The notes: generated by a model from the sequence alone, not told the origin. 64,000 nt of DNA from Candidatus Bathyarchaeota archaeon (GCA_963780265.1 CAWABQ010000033.1:3701-67700); one strand, 5' to 3'; counted from the first letter of the stretch, positions 51,749-62,556 are shown. Translations and numbers: made by a program.

Positions 51749-52774
51749 CTAGTGACATTCTCTGCGGTTAGATTCAAGAATTTCAAACCCGCCGTTAATA
51801 TCCTCAAGCGCAACCATGTGGGTGACTGAACGCGAAAGGTCTATTCTTCCATTTCGTACAAGTTTGACGAGTTGTATCAGTTCCGTTTTCAGGTGGTCAT
51901 CTACTCCCACGATCTCCATCTCTTTACCAATTATACTCGTGTAGGGAGAAAGTTGGATTGATTTGGCTCCTATACCTACCAATACCATTCTGCCGCCCTT
52001 TCCAACCGATGAGATCGCTTGCTTAACGGTGGTTTCATGACCGACAAAGTCCACCACAACATCTGCAAATTCCCCGTCCGTTGCCTTCTTGATTGCCTCA
52101 TTGACATCTTGGTTCGCGGCGTTTACGGTTTCCTTTGCCCCAAAGCTTCTCGCCTGCTTCAGCTTCCAATCTTGAAGGTCCACGGCAACAATCAGTCCAG
52201 CCTTGAAGGCCTTAGCAGCTAGTTGAACAGCATGCAAGCCGAGACCGCCAACCCCGAATATTACCACCGTATCACCCTGTTTCACCCTTCCTCGCCTGAG
52301 GGCGTGGTATGCGGTTGGGACGGCGCAACCCATTATCGCAGCCTGCTCGAACGGAAAGCTCCGAGGGAGTTTCAGAATGCTTCTCGCCGGAACCTTCACG
52401 TACTCAGCGAAACCGCCATCAACATCCTTCCCAATCATTCGATAGCCTGCGCAGTAATTCTCGCGCTCAGTCTTACAGTAAACGCATTTTCCACAACTGA
52501 CGATGTAATGCACCAAAACTCTGTCACCGGAGCGGAGTTCTTTCACCTTCGCCCCTGTCCTCGCTATGATGCCCGAGATCTCATGTCCAAGGGTTATCGG
52601 TAGCTTGCCTACGGGGGCAATTCCGTTTCGGTAGTTGATGTCGGAGTGGCAGATCCCACTTGCCCTAACGTCAACGAGAACCTCACCGGCGGCGACTGTT
52701 GGCACGCTTACACGGTCAATACTAAGCTTGGCACCGATTCTGTGCAGCCTAGCGGCAACCATCGATTCAGTCAT
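51749..52774 (-). CDS. Zn-dependent alcohol dehydrogenase (MDR); extreme C-terminus frameshifted
   Basis: GICHSD, LGHE, CGKCVYC...C, GVGGLG. Confidence 0.93.
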   Translation of the reverse strand: MTESMVAARLHRIGAKLSIDRVSVPTVAAGEVLVDVRASGICHSDINYRNGIAPVGKLPITLGHEISGIIARTGAKVKELRSGDRVLVHYIVSCGKCVYCKTERENYCAGYRMIGKDVDGGFAEYVKVPARSILKLPRSFPFEQAAIMGCAVPTAYHALRRGRVKQGDTVVIFGVGGLGLHAVQLAAKAFKAGLIVAVDLQDWKLKQARSFGAKETVNAANQDVNEAIKKATDGEFADVVVDFVGHETTVKQAISSVGKGGRMVLVGIGAKSIQLSPYTSIIGKEMEIVGVDDHLKTELIQLVKLVRNGRIDLSRSVTHMVALEDINGGFEILESNRRECH

Positions 52775-52817
52775 TGTAACCTAAGGCTCCACCGTTCGGT
52801 TTATTGCTTATTCGGCT

Positions 52818-53936
52818 ATGCCCTCGGGTTTGGAGCAGACGGACTTGGGTGTGCCGGAGAAGATTCGGGCGATAGAGGAGGAGATGAAAAGAACACAGGT
52901 TCACAAGCACACCGAACACCATGTTGGTCTGCTCAAAGCGAAGCTCGCGAAGCTCAAGGCGGAACAAGAACATGCGCAAGGGTCCAGGCAAGGTGGAGTG
53001 GGGTTCGAGCTAAAGAAAGGCGGCGACTGCACCGTCGTACTCATCGGTCTGCCAAGTGTGGGAAAATCAACTATCCTAAACAGGCTTACAAACGCCAAAT
53101 CAAAGGTGGCCCCATACGCCTTCACAACCCTGACGGTTGTTCCTGGCTTACTTGAGTACCAGGGAGCTAGGATACAAATCCTCGATTTGCCCGGCATTAT
53201 TTCGGGTGCGGCGTCTGGGACGGGTAGGGGCAAGAGAGTGCTATCCGTTGCAAAGAACGCCGACCTAATACTCCTAGTCTTGGACGTATTCCAACCCGAT
53301 CAACTCGGCGTCTTGAAGAAGGAACTGTATGAGATGGGAATCCGGCTCAACACTCGGCCTCCGAATGTGGCCATCAACCGATCCTCTCAAGGCGGGCTCG
53401 GCATAACGACGGCCTGCCATCTAACCCACTTAACCGAGTCGACAGCGCGAGCAATACTGAACATATACAAGATCAATAACGGCAACGTCATTATCAGGGA
53501 GGACATAACCGACGACCAACTAATCGACGTAGTAGCCGGAAATCGGCGATACATTCCCTCAGTGACTGTCTTGAACAAGATCGACTTGGTTAGTTCAAAG
53601 TATGTGGCTGAGGCAAGGAAGCGGATAGGTGACGATCTGATTCCGATCTCCGCAGATCGAAACGTCAACCTCGATGAGGTGAAGGCAGTTATCTACAGTG
53701 GGCTGAGATTAATCAAAGTCTATCTAAAACCGCGAAACAGTTCGCCCGATTTCGAGCAACCCCTGATAGTGACAGCTGGTTCAACCGTTTCTGATGTCTG
53801 CCAAAGGATTCACAAGAAGTTCGCCGGCGAAGCGAAGTTTGCTCTGGTTTCTGGAACAAGCGTACGGTTTAGCCCTCAACGTGTCGGAATGGATCACATT
53901 GTCCAAGATCGTGACATCGTCACGATAATGAAGTAA
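52818..53936 (+). CDS. DRG/Rbg1-family OBG GTPase with TGS domain
   Basis: GLPSVGKST, YAFTTL, DLPG, NKID, QRVGMDHIVQDRDIV. Confidence 0.95.
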   Translation: MPSGLEQTDLGVPEKIRAIEEEMKRTQVHKHTEHHVGLLKAKLAKLKAEQEHAQGSRQGGVGFELKKGGDCTVVLIGLPSVGKSTILNRLTNAKSKVAPYAFTTLTVVPGLLEYQGARIQILDLPGIISGAASGTGRGKRVLSVAKNADLILLVLDVFQPDQLGVLKKELYEMGIRLNTRPPNVAINRSSQGGLGITTACHLTHLTESTARAILNIYKINNGNVIIREDITDDQLIDVVAGNRRYIPSVTVLNKIDLVSSKYVAEARKRIGDDLIPISADRNVNLDEVKAVIYSGLRLIKVYLKPRNSSPDFEQPLIVTAGSTVSDVCQRIHKKFAGEAKFALVSGTSVRFSPQRVGMDHIVQDRDIVTIMK

Positions 53937-53975
53937 AGAAGAGGGGCCACGCGGCCGCGGGCGTGTATCACGAGA

Positions 53976-54167
53976 CTAGAATGTGTAACCGCTAAACACA
54001 TACGGGAATATTCTTGCTCCCAATATTCCGTAATCGCAAATCGGAGACGTTCCATAGTATAGACAATTGTAGGCATTTCCCGGGTAGGCATAGGGCGGTC
54101 CGAAGAATTGCCAATAGTAATACGGGTGGGAACTTTGCATGTATCCGCCACATCCACATTGATACAT
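53976..54167 (-). CDS. Small Tyr/Cys/Gly/Pro-rich peptide
   Basis: MYQCGCGGY..PYYYWQFFGPPYAYPGNAYNCLYYG; strongly biased composition. Confidence 0.5.
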   Translation of the reverse strand: MYQCGCGGYMQSSHPYYYWQFFGPPYAYPGNAYNCLYYGTSPICDYGILGARIFPYVFSGYTF

Positions 54168-54361
54168 TGTACAGCACCAAACGCTAGCCGGATGGGTCGC
54201 CCTAAATTAAGCCTAATCAGTACCGAACAGGCACGTGGCAGTCAATGTGCCGAATCTCTGGGGCTCTAATGCCAATATTGCCTACATCATGCAACCCAGC
54301 AAACTGCTGCGAATGCTTTAATCGGTTCTCTCAAACAGTTCTAACCTGAAGTTAACTATAC

Positions 54362-54769
54362 ATGAAAGTCACCACGCTAAGGCAGACGAAATTCATTCCT
54401 GCCCAGCCAGCTGAAGTCTATGACGCATTCATGAAAGCGAATATACACACAACATTCACCGGTTCCAAGGCGACGTGCAACCCTAAAGTTGGCGGAAAAT
54501 TCACAGCGTGGGACGGGTACATTACTGGAAAGAATCTCGAATTGAAGAAGGGCAAACTGATAGTTCAGCAATGGAAGACCACCGAATGGCCGAAAGGCTA
54601 TTCACCCTCAATACTCAATCTCTCATTCAAACAGACGAAAGGCGGCACGCAGGTAAAGATGGTGCAATCAAACGTACCGGCCAGCCAAGCCAAAAACTAC
54701 CGGCAAGGCTGGGTTGACGCATACTGGAATCCCTTAAGGCGGTACTTCCAGAAGAGTAAGGCACGCTAG
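54362..54769 (+). CDS. SRPBCC/Aha1-like protein
   Basis: EVYDAF, VGGKFTAWDGYITG, LIVQQW, GWVDAYW. Confidence 0.9.
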   Translation: MKVTTLRQTKFIPAQPAEVYDAFMKANIHTTFTGSKATCNPKVGGKFTAWDGYITGKNLELKKGKLIVQQWKTTEWPKGYSPSILNLSFKQTKGGTQVKMVQSNVPASQAKNYRQGWVDAYWNPLRRYFQKSKAR

Positions 54770-54785
54770 AGAGAGGTCCTGCGAA

Positions 54786-55169
54786 TTGACTGATTCCCCT
54801 TCCGGCCGAGAACTCGTTGAGAAAGTCTTCGTCTACATGACTACGCTGAGCAAAGAGTGTAGAAAAACGCTTACCGATAAGTTCGGGAAAGAACACAAGG
54901 GGATACCATTCGACTCAGTCGAACCCACCATGCGTCAAGAGATTGAGTCTTGGTTCGCCGGACGGGACAAGAACATAACTATCCGGCATGAAAGCAGCGA
55001 GCGTGGTCGGCCCGGTGAAATTTCAATGTCTTACTTGGCCGAAACCAAAGATGCGCACTTCAAGTTCCATGTGGACGGTCAATTCACCCTTGCGGGAACA
55101 GGGTCGAATGCGCCTTCCTACCTGAAGAGCATGAATGTTAATGTCGACAAGAGGGAGTTTGGAAAGTAG
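54786..55169 (+). CDS. Hypothetical protein
   Basis: 127-aa ORF with globular-protein composition, co-oriented with the upstream gene. Confidence 0.7.
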   Translation: MTDSPSGRELVEKVFVYMTTLSKECRKTLTDKFGKEHKGIPFDSVEPTMRQEIESWFAGRDKNITIRHESSERGRPGEISMSYLAETKDAHFKFHVDGQFTLAGTGSNAPSYLKSMNVNVDKREFGK

Positions 55170-55294
55170 GCTCGGTAGGAAACCTACGCCCTCCCCTCTC
55201 GAAGTAATTACCGAATGGGCCCAATTCGCGCCTCTTTTTCGGGCTATTTATAACCTATGCCGCCATAATGATAAGGAGTTGAACAGTCATAATC

Positions 55295-55959
55295 GTGCTA
55301 AGGAACTTGCCAAAGACTCGCAGCCTAGATAGGGACCTAGTCTACCTTCTGCAACTGGCAAGGAAACATAACCTCACGACCCCCGTCCTATACTCAGCCA
55401 TGGTCTCAGCACGTGAACGCGGAAACGCACGGTGTGGAAAGTTTTCCATAGAGCTACGGAACCGGGAAGAGGAATCGTCAACTTACATGTTCTCCGTTGA
55501 AGGCAAACCGCTAGCACAAGCAAAGATTCCAAACGACTCCATCAGTAAACTAAAGCGGTTGCCCGAAGAATTATCCGGTTTTGATCAGGAAAACCATGAT
55601 GATGCCCAGCAACTCAACTCGCGGGCGAGAGGCCGATCAGCGGCCTAAAGTTCGGAACACGAGGGGTATCATTCAAAGCTCAAGTTGTCAAGAAATCGGA
55701 GGTTAGAGCCGTGACCTCAAAGGACGGAAACCCGCTTCTAGTGTGCTCCGTCACGCTCTCTGACGGCACAGGGGAAATTCCCCTAGCCGTATGGAACAAC
55801 CAGATTCCAACGATTTCCGAGGGAGATTTGGTTGAAGTGCAAGACGCAAGGGTTGGCAGCTTTAGGGGTGAGAAACAGCTTTCCCTGAACAGGAAGACGG
55901 GTGCTCTCAGAGTTCTTCAAAGCGCAGCGAAGCCGCCTACGGCGAAGATTTCCAACTAG
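55295..55959 (+). CDS. Protein with N-terminal unknown domain and C-terminal OB fold (SSB/RPA-like); frameshift near 55620
   Basis: C-part TLSDGTGEIPLAVWN..EGDLVEVQDARV..FRGEKQLSL parallels the SSB at 35377. Confidence 0.7.
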
Positions 55960-56013
55960 CAGTCCTTCAAAAACCCTCTCCGAAGGGCGTTAGCTCTGAC
56001 TCCTCTCGAGGAA

Positions 56014-56376
56014 TTGACTCAACTAGCTAGCGAAAAGAGCAGGCGAATCTTTGTTGCCGAATACCACATTGACCTGCGTGAGAATCAAGGAAGGAATTGT
56101 ATCTACGTTCTCCAGCTTCCCACAAGCGCCCCTGGCGCGGCAGGCGGCCGGATAGGGGGAATCGGAGAGAGAAGGGTCGAGAAGCTTTACTGCTTTCGTC
56201 AAGAAAACGGAAAATGGATTAAGGTTTACGAAACCGACGATCCGGGCAAGTTAGAGAGGTTCGAACTGCCCTACCATGCAGCCGGCTTAAGCGTCGTATT
56301 ACCGGACGGGTCAGAAAAAGTGGTGTCAGGAGTAGTCGACGAAGAGTTCATTCGGATATACAACGAAACGGTCTGA
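56014..56376 (+). CDS. Hypothetical protein
   Basis: 120-aa intact ORF. Confidence 0.7.
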   Translation: MTQLASEKSRRIFVAEYHIDLRENQGRNCIYVLQLPTSAPGAAGGRIGGIGERRVEKLYCFRQENGKWIKVYETDDPGKLERFELPYHAAGLSVVLPDGSEKVVSGVVDEEFIRIYNETV

Positions 56377-56389
56377 AGCGGTATCTCAC

Positions 56390-56773
56390 TTACTGACGTG
56401 TCACCGCTTTGATGAGTGGCATCAAGACCTCAGTATCTTTTTTCGTTGCGAGTTGAACCCTAAGAAGGCGGCTCATCCCCCCAAGCTGCGCCCTGTCGAT
56501 CCATGCCCTAAGAGCTTCAGGAACCGAAGCGTCAGCCTTGATGTTAGCAACGGATTTTTCCGGTATGAAGAGGAAGAGTTCGAGTTTCTCACCGAAGAAG
56601 GCGCGCACTCTGGGGGTGTCTCTGACGTTGTAGCTGGGTGCTTCCACCTCTTTTAGCGCTTCGTATTCCACGCTCTCAGAAATGTTTTGATCCGATTTCA
56701 TTTGTTCTCTCAGGTATGCGAATGCTTCTTGGCAGGCGGGGGAGCCTTTGCCTGAGAGTTCTTCAACCGACAA
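56390..56773 (-). CDS. Hypothetical protein
   Basis: 127-aa intact ORF. Confidence 0.65.
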   Translation of the reverse strand: MSVEELSGKGSPACQEAFAYLREQMKSDQNISESVEYEALKEVEAPSYNVRDTPRVRAFFGEKLELFLFIPEKSVANIKADASVPEALRAWIDRAQLGGMSRLLRVQLATKKDTEVLMPLIKAVTRQ

Positions 56774-56868
56774 GACCCTATACTTCTCCTATGTGAATGT
56801 GAAAGATACGAAAGCCATATAGCAATTGCCATATTTTGGTGGAAAGAGAATACAGGAGCAGGGTTGAC

Positions 56869-56970
56869 ATGCCACATCGGCTGGGTCGAACGGGTTACAA
56901 AATTCGCAAACGACAGAAGAGAAAGCAACGCTTCAGAAAACGAGTGATATCGAGCAGAAAGCCGAACTAG
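56869..56970 (+). CDS. Very basic 33-aa peptide (not in the ORF track)
   Basis: MPHRLGRTGYKIRKRQKRKQRFRKRVISSRKPN; AGGAG about 10 nt upstream. Confidence 0.45.
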   Translation: MPHRLGRTGYKIRKRQKRKQRFRKRVISSRKPN

Positions 56971-57068
56971 TCAGCTCTCTCACCAGCCTCCACCCCAACA
57001 ACACTGTCATCAGGTTTGACGTGATAGAGAAGTTCCAAGTTTTCTCAGAAACCGCGAGGGCTTGGTTA

Positions 57069-57248
57069 CTAAAACTTGTTCAGGAAGCGGTGGCACGCAC
57101 AGATGTATTCCTTCTTTCCATCCGGATACAACCACCTATAGTGCACTTTGGCTTTGTCATCAGTATATGTTTCACAAACATTGTCACTGTAAACGCTAGC
57201 ATGAGAGAACATCCACTTTCCCTTTTCAGAATCAGTAGCGGCTGACAT
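57069..57248 (-). CDS. 59-aa hypothetical protein (not in the ORF track)
   Basis: MSAATDSEKGKWMFSHASVYSDNVCETYTDDKAKVHYRWLYPDGKKEYICACHRFLNKF. Confidence 0.5.
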   Translation of the reverse strand: MSAATDSEKGKWMFSHASVYSDNVCETYTDDKAKVHYRWLYPDGKKEYICACHRFLNKF

Positions 57249-57392
57249 TGTTTCTCACAGCGAATATCGTGGAGTGTGATTCTTGTAAGTCTTCTCTTGG
57301 TGGTCTAGGTGCTGCGAGATTAGTGCGCAAACCTAAATACGGGCTGGGGGCACGCGCCTTTAGACGAGGGTCATCAAATAGGCGAGGTTAGA

Positions 57393-57827
57393 TTGGTTCA
57401 AGAAACCGCGAGGAAGCAGAGCATTTTCACGATCAACGCCTTCAACGTCCCTCTCGAGGACATAGCGAAAAATGGTGCGGAAAAGGTGAGAGTAAGGTAC
57501 TTGATCGACGAACGGCATGGGTCGGGTCGTTTCGCACTTAGGTTGTACGCGGTTGAGAAGGGCGGTCACACACCGCTGGATGAACACGCGTACGAACACC
57601 ATGTATACGTCCTAAGCGGTAGGGGGCTGCTCAGAGAGTCGAAAGAGACTGGTCCCATGAAGCCATTGCAGGCGGGGGATACGGTTTTCATTCCGTCACA
57701 AGCGGTTCACCAATTCAGCAATGAATGGGACGAACCATTCGTTTTCCTATGCGTAAAAGGCAACCCAGCCCTATACCTTTCCAATGAGCAACCGACTCCA
57801 AGTGTGCCGGAGCGAAGCTATTGCTGA
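57393..57827 (+). CDS. Cupin-domain protein
   Basis: GGHTPLDEHAYEHHVYVLSGRG, GDTVFIPSQAVHQF. Confidence 0.9.
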   Translation: MVQETARKQSIFTINAFNVPLEDIAKNGAEKVRVRYLIDERHGSGRFALRLYAVEKGGHTPLDEHAYEHHVYVLSGRGLLRESKETGPMKPLQAGDTVFIPSQAVHQFSNEWDEPFVFLCVKGNPALYLSNEQPTPSVPERSYC

Positions 57828-57833
57828 AGCTAC

Positions 57834-58991
57834 CTATTTTTTCCTAGACAACATATGGCAGAGCACTTGGCTGAATTCCTCCAGCCTCCGTACGTTGATG
57901 TATTCATCAGCGATGTGGGCTGTCTCGCCAGGCCCGAGAATTACTGTCTTTACGCCTGCCATTTGATCGAAATACATGGAATCGGTTCTCCCTGATTCAA
58001 CGCGGAATCTGGGCGGGTATCCCAACGTCTTTGCGACGCTTTCTTGGGCCATTGCAACCGCTGGGTGTGTACGGTCTATGATGTAAGATCGCTGGGGCTT
58101 GTTGTATTCGACCTTGAACTCGATGCCTCGCAACTCGGATAGGGTTTGGTCGACTTGTTTCTTAACCGCATCCCAATCCTCGTTCGGAAGAACGTGACGC
58201 TCGCATGTTATCTCGCAGTCTCCCGGGACGATGTTGATCGCCACCCCGCCTTTGATTATGCTCACGTTCAGTTCCGTATAGGCCTCATGATCGTCCACGT
58301 TCATTCGGGCGGGCGGCAACTTCCTCAGGGCCTCAATTACCTTCATCATATCGTAGATCGCATTTCGTCCCTTTCTCGGGTCGGAAGAGTGGGCTTCCTT
58401 GCCCAAGGTGGTCACCTTGAAACCTACTCGCCCACCACAACCCAAAGAAACCATAAACACCCCATTTTCGACAGTTCCCTCAACGTTAATTCCGCAAGTT
58501 GATTCCAAGCGGTTATGGCTCAGAAAGTAGGGAGTGCCGAGCCACGTCTCACCATCCAAAATCGTGCTGTTATCTTCGTAATTGGAAAACAACACCTCAA
58601 GTTTCCTGAACCGACAGTCCTCGGCTTTTTCGAGGGCGTAAAGGATCGAGGCAACACTACCTTTGTCGTCTGATGTTCCAAGGCCATAGAGCCGGTCGCC
58701 CTCCAACAAAGCATGGAGTGGATCCCTTACCCATCTGGGGTTAGGTGGGACCGTGTCGAAGTGGCTGTTGATGAGGAACGTGCCTTGGCCGCGATCAAAT
58801 GTCTTTTCAGCGTAGACGTTGTTCAACTTGTCGACGCTGACTCTGAATTCGAGCCTATCTAGTTTGTCGGAAAGGAATTCAGAGCATGCTTGCATCCCAG
58901 ATTCTTCATATGTTGGAAAGCTGGTCAGCCTTTGAAGAATCTCGGCGGAAGATTGGGAGTCGACGGGTGTGGGCAAGGTTGGGTTCCACAT
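57834..58991 (-). CDS. M20 metallopeptidase/deacylase (ArgE/DapE family)
   Basis: NSHFDTVP, LYGLGTSDDKG, GKEAHSS, GRTD, GPG..AHIADE. Confidence 0.9.
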   Translation of the reverse strand: MWNPTLPTPVDSQSSAEILQRLTSFPTYEESGMQACSEFLSDKLDRLEFRVSVDKLNNVYAEKTFDRGQGTFLINSHFDTVPPNPRWVRDPLHALLEGDRLYGLGTSDDKGSVASILYALEKAEDCRFRKLEVLFSNYEDNSTILDGETWLGTPYFLSHNRLESTCGINVEGTVENGVFMVSLGCGGRVGFKVTTLGKEAHSSDPRKGRNAIYDMMKVIEALRKLPPARMNVDDHEAYTELNVSIIKGGVAINIVPGDCEITCERHVLPNEDWDAVKKQVDQTLSELRGIEFKVEYNKPQRSYIIDRTHPAVAMAQESVAKTLGYPPRFRVESGRTDSMYFDQMAGVKTVILGPGETAHIADEYINVRRLEEFSQVLCHMLSRKK

Positions 58992-59021
58992 GTTGACTGT
59001 TTTCTTGAAGTCTTAGCTGGT

Positions 59022-59420
59022 TCAGAGAATCTGCAGTGGTTCTATTTTGAGAATGATGCGTTTCTCGGTTGGTGATGCCTTCTGATATTTGTTCGCGCCA
59101 GTGTATTTCTTTGCGAGCTTGTCTATGTGTGCTTCTGCGCCTTGCTCGGTTTGGCTTACCACGCGGCCATGCATAACGATTCGGTCGTATGGGTTGTTCG
59201 AATCTACAATGGCTATTGAGACTCTGGGATCTCTAGTCACGTTCCTTTGTTTAATACGCCCCATCGCTGTGTTCATGAGAATCATGTCACCTTCGTGGTC
59301 TATCCACATCGGTGTGACGTGGGGAGATCCATCTGGCTGGAGCGTTGCGAGAAAAGCGAAATTCTTTCCATCGATGAGCTTGACGGTTCTCTCAGTCAGT
59401 ATGATTGCCAATTCAACCAC
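59022..59420 (-). CDS. PPOX-class F420-dependent oxidoreductase-like protein
   Basis: LATLQPDGSPHVTPMW, KQRNVTRDPRVSI, IDKLAKKY. Confidence 0.88.
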   Translation of the reverse strand: MVELAIILTERTVKLIDGKNFAFLATLQPDGSPHVTPMWIDHEGDMILMNTAMGRIKQRNVTRDPRVSIAIVDSNNPYDRIVMHGRVVSQTEQGAEAHIDKLAKKYTGANKYQKASPTEKRIILKIEPLQIL

Positions 59421-59518
59421 GCACGTTGGGCGCTAAGTTCAGGCAGAAGTAAAGTTTTCTCGCATTCATGGGGATGACTTACTGTCGCGCTTTCGCGCAA
59501 TCTTAGGTTGTCGTGCGG

Positions 59519-61186
59519 CTACATCATGCCCGGAGGCATTCCACCAGGCATGCCACCTGGCATTCCACCGGGCGGCCCGCTTTCCCTCGTGCCTTTCGAA
59601 GAGACGACGTCGTCTATTCGGAGGAGCATGCTGGCAGCTTCTGTGGCGGACTTGATGACTTGTTGTTTCACTCTGAGTGGTTCAACGATATTGTCCGCTA
59701 GCATGTCAGCAATTTTGCCTGTCTTTACTTGGACGCCGTACCATTTGTTTCCAGGTTCGGCGTGCTTTGACCTGAGTTCGACCATTATGTCGATAGGGTC
59801 GAGTCCGGCGTTTTCGGCTATTGTGAGTGGAATCGCCTCTAGGGCTTCGGCATAGGCTTCGATGGCGAGTTGTTCGCGGCCTCCGACTTTCACGGCGTAT
59901 TCGCGTAGCTGTTTTGCTGTTTCAGCTTCAGGTGCGCCTCCGCCGGCGACGATCTTGTGGTCTTCTACGGCGTTTCTGACCACGCAAAGGGCGTCGTGGA
60001 AGGAACGTTCAGCCTCGTCGACGACATGCTCCGAGCCGCCTCTGATAACGACGGTTACCGCACGTGGGTCTTTGCAGTCGCGAACGTATACGAGTTTATC
60101 GTCTCCAATCTTAACTTCTTCCACAAGTTTCGCCTCACCAAGCGCGTCTGCAGCTATGTCTTTGGTGCTTGCAAGTATTGTTCCGCCCGTGGCTTTTGCC
60201 AGCTTCTCCATGTCACTGCTGCTGATGTTCTTCACAGCCATGATATTCTTCTTGGCAAGGAAATGGAGGGCTAAGTCATCGATGCCTTTCTCACAGAATA
60301 TCACGTTGGCGCCGCTTCCGCTAATCTTATCCGTCATCCCCCTGAGCATACTTTCCTCCTCGTCGAGGAAGCGTTTCATCTGGTCGGGCGAGTTGATGTT
60401 GATCTTGGCGTCAAACTCAGTCTTCTCAATCTCGAGCTTCGTGTTGAGAAGTGCTATCTTCGCGTTCTTCACCTGTTTTGGCATCTGGGGATGAGAGACC
60501 TCTTTGTCAACAACGATGCCCCTGATGAGTTCGCTTTGTTCCATACTCTCCCCCTTCTTCTTCAAGACCTTTATCCTGTCTATGTCGGCTGTAGTTTTGC
60601 CGTCCCGTTCTTCGATGATCTGGCTTACGGCCTTTGTAGCCAACGATGCTAGGTGTTCGCTTGTCCCGACGGTTGCTTTGGTGCCCATCGAGGTCATTGC
60701 TATGAGTTTGAGCATATTTTCGTCGCTGGATTGAATATCGATGGCTAGGTTCTGGAGAATCTCCAGGGCCTTCTCTGAGGCCTTCTTGTAACCTTCGACG
60801 ATGACCGTTGGATGCACCTCCTGGTCAAGAAGCTTCTCCGCTTTCGTCAGCAGTTCTCCTGCAAGAACAACAGCAGTCGTTGTACCGTCGCCTACTTCGT
60901 TATCTTGACTTTTCGCGACTTCGACAAGCATCTTGGCAGCAGGGTGTTGAACGTCAAGTTCCTTCATGATAGTAGCCCCGTCGTTTGTAATCACGACGTC
61001 GCCCATACCGGAAACGAGCATCTTATCCATCCCCTCTGGGCCGAGGGTCGTGCGGATGGTTTCAGTAATGATTTTTGCCGCTAGAATGTTGTTCCGTTGC
61101 GCGTCCCGGCCGCGGCTTCGGGTAGCTCCTTCCTTCAGAATAAGAACGGGAACAGTTGCTTCAGACAATATTGCAAACTCCGACAC
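59519..61186 (-). CDS. ths: Thermosome (group II chaperonin) subunit
   Basis: [31 protein letters not shown]-terminal GGMP repeats. Confidence 0.98.
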   Translation of the reverse strand: MSEFAILSEATVPVLILKEGATRSRGRDAQRNNILAAKIITETIRTTLGPEGMDKMLVSGMGDVVITNDGATIMKELDVQHPAAKMLVEVAKSQDNEVGDGTTTAVVLAGELLTKAEKLLDQEVHPTVIVEGYKKASEKALEILQNLAIDIQSSDENMLKLIAMTSMGTKATVGTSEHLASLATKAVSQIIEERDGKTTADIDRIKVLKKKGESMEQSELIRGIVVDKEVSHPQMPKQVKNAKIALLNTKLEIEKTEFDAKININSPDQMKRFLDEEESMLRGMTDKISGSGANVIFCEKGIDDLALHFLAKKNIMAVKNISSSDMEKLAKATGGTILASTKDIAADALGEAKLVEEVKIGDDKLVYVRDCKDPRAVTVVIRGGSEHVVDEAERSFHDALCVVRNAVEDHKIVAGGGAPEAETAKQLREYAVKVGGREQLAIEAYAEALEAIPLTIAENAGLDPIDIMVELRSKHAEPGNKWYGVQVKTGKIADMLADNIVEPLRVKQQVIKSATEAASMLLRIDDVVSSKGTRESGPPGGMPGGMPGGMPPGMM

Positions 61187-61324
61187 TGCATCCTGCTCGC
61201 TATAAATAAATTTGTGTCCACAGCCAAGAGCATCACTCTTCTTATCGTGCTAACCGCCGGAAAGACTTTAACTCTCGTGGGGACGTGTGCAGGCTGATTT
61301 TCGAATCCGCTGAGGTGTACTGCG

Positions 61325-61804
61325 ATGGCTAGCAATGATGAAGCGGAACAAAGAAAACGGCCGAGCGTTAAGAGCTTAGTTGCTCTGCTCATCGTCATTG
61401 TTCTCGTGATTCTATCTGCTTGGACCCTAATGACGGTAAGCACCACATTTCTGATTCCACCCTCAGACTTTGTTGCATTGCCAACATCTCCATTGTCCAA
61501 CAAGGGGCAGGGTGTCATGTTTAGCTCCGCTAGCGCAATCACCCAGAAAGGAGTGGCAGTGGGCGTGAAAGGATACCTTGAAACAATGTCAGGGCAGCCG
61601 GTGGTGGGGGCGAAGGTTTACGCACAGTACTATCTTGAGGGTGCCTACCGAACCCAAGCCGTGGCAACTGACCAGAACGGATATTTCGAAATTCATTTCC
61701 CCATGAATTGGACCGGATGGCTGCCACTTACCTTAACGTACTTCGGTGACGACCAACACCAGGGACTCAAAGTGGTCTATAGCATGTCCGGGGAAAGCAT
61801 CTGA
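61325..61804 (+). CDS. Membrane-anchored Ig-like protein
   Basis: N-terminal TM; GQPVVGAKV, TDQNGYF, YFGD. Confidence 0.75.
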   Translation: MASNDEAEQRKRPSVKSLVALLIVIVLVILSAWTLMTVSTTFLIPPSDFVALPTSPLSNKGQGVMFSSASAITQKGVAVGVKGYLETMSGQPVVGAKVYAQYYLEGAYRTQAVATDQNGYFEIHFPMNWTGWLPLTLTYFGDDQHQGLKVVYSMSGESI

Positions 61805-61835
61805 GCCGGCCTTCCTCAGCTAACGGTCAGAGAAT

Positions 61836-62555
61836 TTGCCAGAGCGCAGGGTTGCATTCAAGTCCCTTAACCGCCTCAACTCAGTAGCAGTTTCATGTGA
61901 GCTCTGCCCAAGGCTAAGGCGATACTGCAAGCTGGTTGCCCAGAAGAAACGCAGGCAGTTCACGGATTGGAATTATTGGGGTAAACCACTGCCGGGTTTC
62001 GGGGACGCGCATGCCAGGCTGCTAATCCTCGGCTTGGCTCCGGCTGCGCATGGCGGGAACAGGACAGGGCGCATGTTCACGGGAGATGGTTCGGCCCAAT
62101 TTCTCATGGCCGCGTTGCACAGGCACGGTTTCTCTAACCAGCCGACATCGAACAGACGCGGCGACGGTCTCGAGCTGCATGATGCATACATGACGGCGAT
62201 AGTCAGGTGCGCTCCACCAAAGAACAGACCGACTCTGCTGGAGATTCGCACGTGTGAGCGTTACTGGACACAGGAGTTACGGCTTCTGACCGATGTCAAA
62301 GTCATCTTAGCTCTGGGACGAGTCGCCTTCGAAACATATGTAAGGTTCCTTAGGGAGCAAGGGCTCAAAGTGAAGGGGTTGCGATTTCATCACGCCGCCT
62401 TCTACGAGCTTCCGGCGCCATATCCCGCTCTTGCGGTGTCTTACCATCCTAGCCGGCAGAACACTCAAACCGGGAAGCTAACGGAGGCAATGTTTACCAC
62501 GGTTTTTCTCAAGATTCGTCGGTTCCTAGATTTGCAGTCGTTAGGCAGTGTATGA
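61836..62555 (+). CDS. Uracil-DNA glycosylase family 5 (UdgB, Fe-S)
   Basis: CELCPRL, GLAPAAHGGNRTGRMFTGD, RCAPPKNRP, YHPSRQN. Confidence 0.92.
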   Translation: MPERRVAFKSLNRLNSVAVSCELCPRLRRYCKLVAQKKRRQFTDWNYWGKPLPGFGDAHARLLILGLAPAAHGGNRTGRMFTGDGSAQFLMAALHRHGFSNQPTSNRRGDGLELHDAYMTAIVRCAPPKNRPTLLEIRTCERYWTQELRLLTDVKVILALGRVAFETYVRFLREQGLKVKGLRFHHAAFYELPAPYPALAVSYHPSRQNTQTGKLTEAMFTTVFLKIRRFLDLQSLGSV

Positions 62556-62556
62556 A

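Noticed and set aside
57047-57413. Repeated AGAAACCGCGAGG 13-mer
   Set aside because: Only two copies, one inside the cupin coding start, with no associated element features.
59524-59575. Short tandem repeats at the thermosome 3' end
   Set aside because: They encode the ordinary GGM/GGMP chaperonin tail.
59862-60494. Long antisense ORFs (here and opposite other genes, e.g. 2697-3188, 34278-34724)
   Set aside because: Shadow frames of well-supported genes with no recognisable motifs.
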